A stretch of DNA of 64,000 nucleotides from Perkinsus chesapeaki ATCC PRA-425. Lineage: Eukaryota > Protista > Perkinsozoa. Positions 33,295 through 42,782 of the stretch are shown one piece after another. The stretch lies in the NCBI GenBank assembly GCA_013115145.1, contig JAAPAO010000064.1, positions 32,346 through 96,345 of the forward strand, in the 5' to 3' direction. The notes below the pieces were generated by a model that saw only the letters and a list, made by a program, of their open reading frames with translations, searched no databases and was not told the DNA's origin. The stretch's first letter is position 1. Every line of letters starts with the position of its first letter. The position numbers and the translations under genes are program-made.

Positions 33295-33741
33295 GTTCGT
33301 CTGTGTGGGTTCCGAACATCCCAAGTGGGTCAGAGGGATACTCATCCACTCGATGGTAACGAGCGGGTAGCAAAGTCGAGCCACGGTACTGGATGACGCG
33401 GATAACTCTGTTCAACCGCCGATCCGCAATCTGTTGCTGGAAGCAGCTTGCTGAAAGATGGCAACAACTCACGTTTCACTAAATACTGGATCGGGTGCAA
33501 GCCGAGTCTTATATCAAGCCTATAAACTATCAAAAATTGACATGTATTCTCTGCTCACGCCGGATACGACATATTTCCCTGCCATGAACAACTGGATATG
33601 TAGTGTTTGCCGATGCCTTCCGTCGCCTGACACGTCGCATTGTATGTGGCTCGTACTCTGATCGAAAACTGTAGGAACATAGTTGTAGGAGAAGCTAGAA
33701 TTAATGCTGTATTTGTCGACAGTGTCGACTCCATACCCTAC
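33295..33741 (-). pseudogene. Degenerate Rho/Rac-family GTPase relic or pseudo-GTPase
   Basis: VGYGVDT...FSYNYVPTVFDQ (switch I), LHIQLFMAG (cf. LGLWDTAG) and PLGMFGTHTD (cf. PIILVGTKLD) in correct order; P-loop GK and DxxG absent. Confidence 0.45.
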
Positions 33742-34128
33742 GGTTGACAGTGTACGATCACGTCGTAGCGAAATACAAGTGCAATTGTCTGCAGCTGTGC
33801 CAGGAAATGTATTCCAGTTCACGATTCATGAAATGACAAAGCTACGTTGGAAAATCCCGTCGAGGCTCTCGGCTCGAGGCTGAAGACTGGCAGTTCTAGA
33901 ATATATGAGCTGATTCAGCTCAGCTGACAGCTGAAGTACTGTGTCCGAATAGAAACTAGTTCCCGGGTTGATTATAAAGTTTATAAACTCTACAAAATGT
34001 TGAATCGACAAGGAATGGATTTCCAAGCTGAGAATCCCAGCGTCGACCTAGAGATTCTCCAGTGGATCAGTGGGATATGAATCCCATATTATATGTTGTA
34101 TATTCATATGCTGATATACTTCAGTATA

Positions 34129-34150
34129 GTTTGATGATCAAACTTTGATC
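34129..34150. mobile_element. Putative excision footprint, W=gtttgatc (exact)
   Basis: gtttgat|gatcaaac|tttgatc. Confidence 0.75.
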
Positions 34151-34199
34151 ATAAAGCAAAGTGAAGCGTCACGGAGCAGAAAAAAGGGACGGAAGCGGG

Positions 34200-34221
34200 T
34201 CCGACCGGGTCGGACCGACCC
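34200..34221. mobile_element. Putative excision footprint, W=tccgaccc (exact), nested in an older one (34195-34230)
   Basis: tccgacc|gggtcgga|ccgaccc. Confidence 0.75.
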
Positions 34222-34626
34222 GCCCGGTCGCTTTTCGGTCGCAAAACGAGACCGAAAGGGTTTTGCCGTAAAAGCCCTGGAGATGAATTCTCCGTCTTTT
34301 CACGTTCAATTTTGCCGGCGTCGAGCGGAGTTCGCTAAGCATCGTTGCACCTTGAGGCCACTTGGACGCTCTCTATCGGCTCACCCGAATACGTCACTAC
34401 TGGCTGTCTCCGGTGGGTGTCTATGACATTGCAGCCTTATCACTCATCTGCGATATTTCTGAAAGAGTCGTACGCCTTACAGGCTGAGCTTCATAATCGA
34501 GTGTGGATGGGCCAGCCTTGTTTTGAGTCACAGTTCGGTTAGCAAAGGCCTATTATCCCCTTTATGAGGCCATGAGGACTTAAATGTGGCATGTGTGCAT
34601 GGCCCGATTGTCAACACAACTTCTGC

Positions 34627-34648
34627 GCGTCACGGTGACGCCGTCACC
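34627..34648. mobile_element. Putative excision footprint, W=gcgtcacc (exact)
   Basis: gcgtcac|ggtgacgc|cgtcacc. Confidence 0.75.
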
Positions 34649-34747
34649 AAAGCCCTCAGCTTGTCGCACTCACTTGCGAAGGTGTTCTTCCGTCTTCATT
34701 CAAGTTGCATCTTGAGCTTTATTACGATCGCAAGAAGCCTTAACCTC

Positions 34748-35250
34748 ATGAATGTTCAAACCTCTAAAGGCCAAGCGAGGACTCAAGAGAAGGAATGGTC
34801 TCCTTATGGCAAAGGATGTTGTATGTTATTTCTACTTGGTATGATGCTGACCATGCTTGGATATGTTGGAGGCTTTCGCGACCCTCCCCCAATGCCTAGA
34901 AACGGCTTGTTCGCTGGCGTCAGTGACAAGTATCACTTTCGTTGGTTCCTTCATAACTTTGACTCCGACCCATTCGAGGGTAGGGTTTATATTGCTGCAA
35001 CTCGCCTTGATGTTATAAACCCGAAGGAATTCAATGCTACGGGTGTTTTATATTGGCGTGGTGATTCACCAAGATATGCTATGGAACTAAATAAGTCGGA
35101 TGATGGTTTGGTAAACCTTTCCCGTAACATCGGACTCCGATGATCGGAGTGGACCCCAATGATTGGCAAGGGTTCGATCATGGATCAGATTGGATTGAAG
35201 CATTCGGTGTCAGACTGCGATATGAAAAATATCCACCAGACGGCATTTAA
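34748..35250 (+). pseudogene. Small secreted protein, paralog 2 of 3, frameshifted by a 14-nt footprint
   Basis: Homologous to 29847-30314 and stops at 35143. Removing 14 nt restores ...NIGVDPNDWQGFDHGSDWIEAFGVRLRYEKYPPDGI* ending at 35250. Confidence 0.85.
35128..35149. mobile_element. Putative excision footprint, W=catcggag (exact), inside the paralog 2 CDS
   Basis: catcgga|ctccgatg|atcggag. Confidence 0.85.
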
Positions 35251-35511
35251 CGGGATAATTGGTATTCAATCCCCAAATGCTCCAAGGACTTCGATTATTA
35301 ACTCTTTAGATCAGCTTTATTAAGTAGCTTAAGCTGGTAATTCTGCCTCGTCGTCCTAGGCAGTCCTCAGATTTCATAACAATAACAGAACAATTACGAG
35401 TCGCGAAACTGGGTTTCGCTCGTTGTTGATCGGTTTGTGTTTAAAACAAGGCAAATAATTATAAGAGCTCACTAGGTGAGTTAGGTTTACAAGTTACTTT
35501 CGAGGAAATAC

Positions 35512-35533
35512 ATTCCAGCCTGGAAGTTCCAGG
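35512..35533. mobile_element. Putative excision footprint, W=attccagg (1 mismatch)
   Basis: attccag|cctggaag|ttccagg. Confidence 0.6.
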
Positions 35534-35792
35534 AGTCTTACTCTCATTAGGCCTCGCGGGAGACTGCTACTCCACTGATTGATGCTATAATAGAGAGAGC
35601 TCGCGTATCCGTAAGCTTTGACATAGACGATCCCCGCCTTTGTTTGCATTGGAGAGGTGTGACATCCACGTCATGTGGATATCACATGTGGACCACATTT
35701 AGCGTAAAATCTCACTCGAGGAAGACTTTCCTGTGAAGCACGCCAGGTCACACACATTCCAAACTTTTCAAGAGTCAGTTATTCCCGCCAGT

Positions 35793-35814
35793 TGCTGAGG
35801 CTCAGCAGCTGAGC
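35793..35814. mobile_element. Putative excision footprint, W=tgctgagc (exact)
   Basis: tgctgag|gctcagca|gctgagc. Confidence 0.75.
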
Positions 35815-36091
35815 TGAATAAAATGGTCGGCTAGCTCTGTTTTTAACGGAACGTTCGAACAGCTGGGAGTGTCGAAACCGCTCCAAGTGCTCAAGGCTTC
35901 GCTATAGTTGAAACTACCTTATTTCCGCTGACCTCAATGACCGACCGCAACTTGCGGCCAAGTCTTTGCAGGTACCAGGAGTTCGGTGCCGGAGCTCCTG
36001 CACCAAATATCGGATATTCCGGATCGACGGGACGAGTGCTCCCGTGGGTACCAAACTTGAGGCGAAGACCTTCCCCAGTAGGCGGCATGTA

Positions 36092-36828
36092 CAGGGTGTT
36101 CAATAAGTTAGGGCCCACCCCCTGTAGCTTCTTATTGGCAGTAAGTTATTGCGAACGAATTGGAACCCGAGACTCATACCATTCAAAAGCTCTCATTCTC
36201 TTCTATATACTGGCTCGTCATTCGGAGCCATTCCCATGGTGTGTGACTTGTACTATTGAACGAAACGCCACAAAAATGCACGAAAACCGCTGGCAGTCTG
36301 CCAGTAACTAAGTAAGGTGCTCAACATGGCCTCCATTCGCTTTCTGGACGAGTTTGAGTCTTCTCCTTGACCCTTCGCAAGCCTTCTTTATTGTCACGAG
36401 AGGTATCGCATCTCACGCCGCGGTGAGAAGTTCTCACTGAGAACTTGCTTCAAGTCGGCGACGGTATTGAGTTCGAGAGCACCCCCCTTGATTTGCTTCT
36501 CAGTAAAATCATCAAAATAGCGCGGAAATGCAGAACACATGGTTCTGGCACCCCAATTGGGCTTGTCCTTACGAATCGCGACGATGGAATGAAGTTGAAA
36601 ATAGTTACGCTGCTGTGGCATATGCAAAAGCCCAGCACCATGGGAGGTTCTGCCAGCCCGATTTTACGGACTTTCAACCACTAAACTCGATGGCGAGTCT
36701 TCTATAGCGTGCGAGCGAAACAGCCAAAGATATGCTCTGGTAGAAGAAAATGAGGGCTTTCGAATGGCATGAGTCTCGGGTTCCAACTCGTAATACAGGG
36801 GGTGGGCCCTAACTTATTGAACACCATG
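36092..36828. mobile_element. Non-autonomous Tc1/mariner-like element (MITE), 737 bp, TA target duplication
   Basis: TA at 36090-91 and 36829-30. 35-bp terminal IR CAGGGTGTTCAATAAGTTAGGGCCCACCCCCTGTA (34/35), plus a 50-bp subterminal IR (36156-36205 vs 36741-36790, 45/50). Confidence 0.85.
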
Positions 36829-37768
36829 TATGTTTTCTGCAAGCTCAATCAGAGTCAGCAAGGTCGATCGAAGAGGGACATTGCTGACACGATTGGGCGG
36901 TCAAAACTCGACACAACTGGGTGATGGCGCGTGCCGCGCGCCAAAGTAATCCGCGCAAGCGGCACGCACGCACATAGCTATTGAATAACCGTTATTGAAT
37001 AACCCACGCCGCAGCGCTAGCTGCTAACTCGCAGCCATCAAGGTGCCCAGGAGGCACAGGACGGGACACTAGTCCCGCTCCCCCGCGGCCATAGCCACGG
37101 GCTTAATTCTTCAAACCTGGTCTTGACACATCAGCGCTGTGCAGCACTGCCGCGAGTGAGAGCGTCAAACGGCTCGACTCACGGCACAAGTCAGTGCAAA
37201 CACGACATGCAAGGAAGACCTAACCCCATCCGAGCGGACTCGTGAATACTCGCCTATCAATGTTTCCCAATGATGAGTATTCTCAGTTGCGGCTCGAGTT
37301 TTGTCTGTTCTGGGCTTATCCGAAGCCTTCTCCAGCCCGTGTGTGTTACATCGAAATCAATGGTGCACTTTGAGTGACCGTCTCACCGATATACTATCGA
37401 AAACGAATTAGCAGTGGTAATAGCACTCATATTCCTCACTTACGGAACAATTAGGTGAGAAGCAAAAATACATCGTGTATCATACATACGCTAAAACCTC
37501 CGTCCGTGGCGGGGAAAAGTTTACAAATGAACCGGATAAAGTTGAAGATTGTTCATTCTGGCCGTGGTAAAGGGCAGTTACCAGCATGACAGAAAGTGGA
37601 CATTGTGTCAGGTGCCCGCGTGAGGCCAGAAGAGTACTTGATCCGATTAACATCTAGGAACCTTGAGCGTATCGAGAAGTTCTCCTGGAAGGTTCTCTAA
37701 GGAACCTTTCCTTAGGCTCATTGCATGATGCTGTCGAGCTCGAACCTTCGTAAGTATGAAGAGGTTTT

Positions 37769-37790
37769 CTCTATATTATAGAGTCTATAA
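37769..37790. mobile_element. Putative excision footprint, W=ctctataa (exact)
   Basis: ctctata|ttatagag|tctataa. Confidence 0.75.
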
Positions 37791-37874
37791 CAGAGCTCAA
37801 CATAGAACTTGAATGAAGAACGCCTCTCCAAGACGATAACAGGAAAATTGGGTGACCTGGAAGACTCTGATTAC

Positions 37875-38156
37875 TAGTACAATCACGTGAAGTACGTACA
37901 GTACAATTCCTACCCGCTTGTTCATTGCCAATGAATCATTGGTGATGACCGGTCACTACTATTGTTAGTACAATCACGTGAAGTACGTACAGTACAATTC
38001 CTACCCGCTTGTTCATTGCCAATGAATCATTGGTGATGAANNNNNNNNNNNNNNNNNNNNNNNNNNNNNNNNNNNNNNNNNNNNNNNNNNNNNNNNNNNN
38101 NNNNNNNNNNNNNNNNNNNNNNNNNNNNNNNNNNNNTGACCGGTCACTACTATTGT
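37875..38156. repeat. 91-bp tandem repeat spanning an assembly gap (N at 38041-38136)
   Basis: Unit tagtacaatcacgtgaag...gaccggtcactactattgt starts at 37875 and 37966; its tail resumes after the Ns. Confidence 0.85.
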
Positions 38157-38336
38157 AATCGTATGAGGCATATGTGTTGGGGTGGTCGTAGTGCATCCCA
38201 CTAAGTGTGATTCTGCCAGCCTCATGCTGGTACCCAGTTTACGACGATAGACCCTTCGTCAAAGACTATAAAAGACTACTGCTACTGCAGTGCTACTTAC
38301 ATCCATAGTACTATGTGGAGCCGCTCGGTCTCAAGC

Positions 38337-38358
38337 TGACTTCAGACGTCAGACTTCT
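38337..38358. mobile_element. Putative excision footprint, W=tgacttct (1 mismatch)
   Basis: tgacttc|agacgtca|gacttct. Confidence 0.6.
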
Positions 38359-38795
38359 TGAGTTCAGTTATCATCGCCTGAACTCTTTCTCCGCTAGTTT
38401 CAAACCAGTGGCTTGATTACTTCAGTCCGTTGCGCTTCCCGCAGCAGCAGGCGTTGCCTCGCCAAATATGCAGCCATGTGCAGATCGGCCCTTCCAGAAT
38501 ATTCAGCGGAACTCCCACGTTTTATTCTTTCCCAACTACCCTTATACGTCGCGCCTGGCTGTCTCCTGTAGCTGCTCGTGACATGTGGAGCCTAAATTGG
38601 GTTACTCGACATGTTCCACGGTACTCCTCGACGAAGCATGCGTTGCACAGGTTGTGCCACTCGATCAAGCGCGCGAGAATAACTTTGAGCACAAGCCGAC
38701 TCGCAAAGGGCTTTTCAATGTCCCTTATGACGCTGTGCGGCGCTGAAGGTGGCATGCTTGCGCGACCCGATTATTGTCGCGATTTTTGGCGTCAC

Positions 38796-38817
38796 CTGGT
38801 GCGGCACCGGTGGTGCC
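38796..38817. mobile_element. Putative excision footprint, W=ctggtgcc (1 mismatch)
   Basis: ctggtgc|ggcaccgg|tggtgcc. Confidence 0.6.
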
Positions 38818-38905
38818 CCAGCTTCTGAACTTCAAGAGGAGTTTTCTCTTCTTCACTCAAGTAGCGTCTTGAGCTTTGTTATAGTCGCAACTAGCACTCA
38901 CACCC

Positions 38906-39373
38906 ATGAACATTCAAACCTCTAAGCGACAGATGATGACTCAAGAGAAGTGTTGGTCTCTATGCGGTAAAGGATGTTGTATGTTATTCCTACTTGGCAT
39001 ACTATTGACTATGCTTGGTAATGTGGGAGGCTGTGATGACCCTCCTAAAATGCCGGAAAGTGGCGTGTATAGTGGCCAGAATGGGAAGTATGGCTTCCGT
39101 TGGAATGTTCAGCCCTTTTCCGGCGATCTACTCCACGGTAGGGCTCACATCGCCGCTTCTCGTCTTGATATCCCAGAGCCGAAGGAGTTCACTGCTTCTG
39201 CGGTTGCGTATTGGCGTGGTCCCCCCAAAGGGTACACTATGGACTTCAACCGATCGGACGTTGGTTTGGTCGAGCTTTGCAAGAACCTAGGAATGAACCC
39301 CAATGATTGGTTGGGGTTCAAACATGGATCAGATTGGATTGAAGCATTCGGTGTTAAACTACAGCGTACATAA
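38906..39373 (+). CDS. Small secreted or anchored protein, paralog 3 of 3 (155 aa)
   Basis: Intact ORF MNIQTSKRQMMTQEKCWSLCGKGCCMLFLLG...EAFGVKLQRT*. Confidence 0.75.
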   Translation: MNIQTSKRQMMTQEKCWSLCGKGCCMLFLLGILLTMLGNVGGCDDPPKMPESGVYSGQNGKYGFRWNVQPFSGDLLHGRAHIAASRLDIPEPKEFTASAVAYWRGPPKGYTMDFNRSDVGLVELCKNLGMNPNDWLGFKHGSDWIEAFGVKLQRT

Positions 39374-39613
39374 CCTCCACTTGGGAGTATGTGATCGGAT
39401 CTCTTATATCCCATCTTTCAATGCTGAGTGAAGGCTTCACTGTGAGGCTCAAGCATAAGTCTCAGGCTTACATGATGTGAGTTACATCCAGTAAGTGGCA
39501 ATCCTTATTTTATTGTATCAATGATAACCAGTAAGTAGTAAGTAGTCGCGAGACGAGTTCTCTCTCGCTCGCTGATCCTCTCAGCCTTGCTAATCATCTT
39601 GTGTTGAGAATGA

Positions 39614-39635
39614 GGTAAATTATTTACCGTAAATA
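39614..39635. mobile_element. Putative excision footprint, W=ggtaaata (exact; empty site in paralog at 30567-30574)
   Basis: ggtaaat|tatttacc|gtaaata; the paralog has plain ggtaaata. Confidence 0.85.
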
Positions 39636-39912
39636 TAATAATAGCTCAATAGGTGGATCCAGTTCACAACCTTCCTTGCAAAGGGTGAAGTTATCCAATC
39701 GTGCGTAACTTCAACAGTCTCAATGATAAGGTCCTCCTATCCTCACTAGGCCTTCCTGTAAACTGTAGCTCCACGGCATCATGTTATAATGGGGTGGGCT
39801 AATGTTCCACCAACCCGGGCTTGGCAAGCTCTGTAGTGTATGTTTCTCCCTTTGTGTGCATCAAATGCACTTTTTTGGTGGAAAAACTTTTTACGAAAAA
39901 GTGCAAAATGTT

Positions 39913-40089
39913 GCCCTAGTTGTTCTCGAGAAAGCTGTCAGGACATCTGCCCGCAGCGTATCAGAGCTCGGTTACATCCCCAAAGGCAGACTGGCTGGGG
40001 CTATGGTGACACTGGGATGTTCCAGCCAGGATGTGCTGCAGCTACTGAGCGAGACCACCCCACCGCGAGGGATATGGGCGAAAGGTTGA
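39913..40089 (+). pseudogene. 3'-terminal fragment of the helical-repeat gene
   Basis: ALVVLEKAVRTSARSVSELGYIPKGRLAGAMVTLGCSSQDVLQLLSETTPP matches the end of 31179-32906. Confidence 0.85.
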
Positions 40090-40093
40090 TACC

Positions 40094-40250
40094 ATGAAGG
40101 TGTTTCTGTTAACATGTGTGGTTGCGTTAAGGGCAGGAGTGGCCGATCGGCGATGGAACAGGTTTGCTACATAGTAATGAACTCCTCTTCGGCACATGCA
40201 GCAACAAACCAGGCGGGCAGCGCTGGTATAAAGGACATTCAGGTAGCAGT
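40094..40250 (+). CDS. 5' exons of a small signal-peptide gene (3' end unresolved)
   Basis: MKVFLLTCVVALRAGVADRRWN|SNKPGGQRWYKGHS via a GT-AG intron conserved in the 32911 copy. Confidence 0.4.
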
Positions 40251-40672
40251 GGAGCGGAGATGGGATGGATGATCCGCGTGAGGTGGAACTGGCACGTAAT
40301 GAGACTAATTCTAATAGAAATGCGTTGTTCGTCGACGAACTAGGGATCATGCGGGAAATAAAAAGTTGCTTGCTTGGCGGAAATGGAATGGAAAACTGAA
40401 TGGATATACTCTTGGACCAGAAGTCTAAGTGGGGAATTCGTTCATTTGGCTCCAAGCTCTCTCGCTTCTCTGGCCACGTTGGTATGGTTCACATGGCTTC
40501 CTCGTAAAACTGAACGCGTACCCTGATGAAGATTATAGCTCAACTCTAGATTGTAATTTCGCAACAGAATTGAGCCCCCTCATTATCATACGAATCTCGT
40601 GCACAGTCGAGAAGACTTACACCTTTCTTTGCCGAGTGTTGACCTTTGAACTGCTGCGCTTAGCGTACTCTA

Positions 40673-42782
40673 TTGGGGATCTTCGAGTACTACTCGACAC
40701 CGTCCAGCCAGCCTGGGGAGAGGATGGTCCGTGCCTCCAAGTTGAGGCGAATGTGCCTAGACAGTGGCATTGTCAGTGATGACCAGAAGAGCGTCACAGA
40801 CGTGCGAGTGGATCTCATTTTCACAAGAGTAAGGTATAACCCTTCTGTGACGCCGTGACGTTATCCATGGCCAGATTCACAGTGCCGGAGATCAGGCCGT
40901 CCAGGGCCTCAACAAGCGGCAGTTCATGGACGCCGTTGTCGCTCTGGCTGAGGAGAAGTACGTGGTGCACTCCTCAGTGTGATAGCAGTGGAACTTTTCA
41001 GGTACCAGACTGGCAATTCGGCTGCATCCCTGGCTCGGTTGTACGCGGATCATTTGTCGAGCTTTAGCCCAGCAGATGATGCGGGGACAGAGCGGGAGGG
41101 TGCTGTAGAGGCAGCCGGAGGAGAAGAGCAAACTGATGGTAGTACTTGGCAGGGAAGCATAGAGAAGTACTTGATATCGCTGGAGGGATGCCATCTGCCG
41201 CTCGTTCGCTTAGCTGGGCTTATCGTTGTCCTTCTATAACGTTCTATCAAACAGACCCCAGATGGCTCGCAATATCATAATGGAATGGTCTGATTCTCTG
41301 CGGTGGCTCATAGCAGCGTCGCTTAGTAGCCCTCGAAAATATATGAATAGATTCTGTTGCAGAACTTTTCCGAGTTATATGTGCTAGGCGGCCCCAGTTG
41401 TGAGGTGTTGACCAGCCGGAAGCGAGGAGCCGATGAAGAGGTCACCCGAGTTCTGGATGCCTGTCGACCCTCCTTAATGCGGTAAGCAACTTGAATTTAA
41501 TGGCGCGCGGTAATATTTCTGGTAGTTTGTATTGTGGGTATTTCCCCATGGAGCTGCATGGTGAGGATCCTGAGAGAGATAAAAGCGCCGCGGCCACCCA
41601 CACACTCTACGGCTACTCGCAGAAGCAGCTATCGCAGGTTTTCATTGGTAATTTTGGGGCGCGCGGGAAATTCCTCCTCAACTTGAGGGGCTCGAGTAGA
41701 CGGCTATATACTGTATAAACGGTTTATGTCAGACTTCGAGCTATGTCCGGTCATACTGCCTAAGTCGCAAATCTTCCAAGTCTTCCGTAATGTGATGAAG
41801 GATGAAAAAATCGCGGAAGCGGCGGAGCGAAGCATCGGCCTGGGTGGGAGGTATTTCACATACACACACTTCGAGGCTGCATTGCTCAGAGTAAGCCACG
41901 GGCAAGAGAGAGTCACGCGCCACGATATTATTGTCAGACGGCTCGGGCGCTGTTTGTGGACTTGGACATCGTCACGGGAGCGCCCACGTCTGCCCAGACG
42001 GACGCTGCTCGGTTGATTAGACTTTTTGATAGGATGGACCAGTCTAGGGTAGTATGAGCTCTGGATTCTTCGCAGTGCGGGAGAATATCTTCGAGGTTGA
42101 TCATGCTTTTCAGGGTCGAGTAAGATTCGCTTCTCTCCCCATGATTGCGCGAGCTTCTTCACAACCGTTGCGGTTGCTGCCACCGGACTTCGACCGAACC
42201 TCGCTGAGCTTCAAGAGCCGACCGAAATCGGCAGTCAAGTGAGCTTGCTCGTGGGAGGTTCGTAGGAGGCATTCTACTCGGCAGGATGGTGTCCCGGGCG
42301 CTGCGGAGCGACACTGTGGTGACTGACGATTGCAGCGATGTGTCGACGAACATAGAGCTGCCGGAGCAGGAGGACGACTTGGTCACTTCGGTATTCTCCT
42401 ACTATGTCATGCTGGGAAATCCGCTGAATAGAACCCAATTGGGAACGGCAAAGGTGAGTATCTTAGCTTGATGCGGGAAACGCCGGGTTACTGTGGTAGT
42501 TCCATCGGTTCCTACGAGATGCTGGATTGATGAAACCGGCTGGATCGGAGACCTTGGACACCAGCACAGCACGGGAAGGTGCGGTATAAATTCGCACTGC
42601 CTCCCACTTCGTGGCTCTCAGAACACGCCAAGGTGTCTCAGCTAAACTCGGCCGCCGCTGACCTGATCTTCTTGAGAAGTACTGAGCGCGCCAAGGACCG
42701 GAGTTCGGCCAAACATCGTCACTACTTGGACCGGGACGGCTTCCAGCGGGCCCTTGTTCGGGTGAGCTTTGCTGCGTGGTAG
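40673..42782 (+). CDS. Multi-exon protein with p25-alpha/TPPP-like and EF-hand-like repeats (boundaries approximate)
   Basis: KLRRMCLDSGIVSDDQKSVTDVRVDLIFTR resembles the p25-alpha core; repeated F..AL..[LV] helices (FMDAVVALAEEKY, FEAALLRVS, FQRALVRVS). Confidence 0.55.

Larger units (their letters stand above)
38820..40270 (+). repeat. Direct segmental duplication of ~29765-30785 plus ~32729-33120, with the middle ~1.9 kb missing
   Basis: High identity at ~9.06-kb offset through the secreted gene and its 3' flank; homology resumes at tgccctagttgttctcgagaaagc. Confidence 0.9.

Noticed and set aside
33913-35819. 14-bp inverted match (attcagctcagctg / cagctgagctgaat) that could be TIRs around paralog 2
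   Set aside because: Several 14-bp matches are expected by chance in 64 kb, there is no TSD, and the right copy is largely produced by the 35793 scar.
37875-38156. CRISPR-like interpretation of repeats in the window
   Set aside because: Eukaryotic context, no repeat-spacer alternation and no cas genes.
40443-40457. catttggctccaag resembling a spliced-leader relic
   Set aside because: Only about 13 nt, needing a mismatch and an indel; no full Perkinsus or dinoflagellate SL exon seen by eye anywhere in the window.
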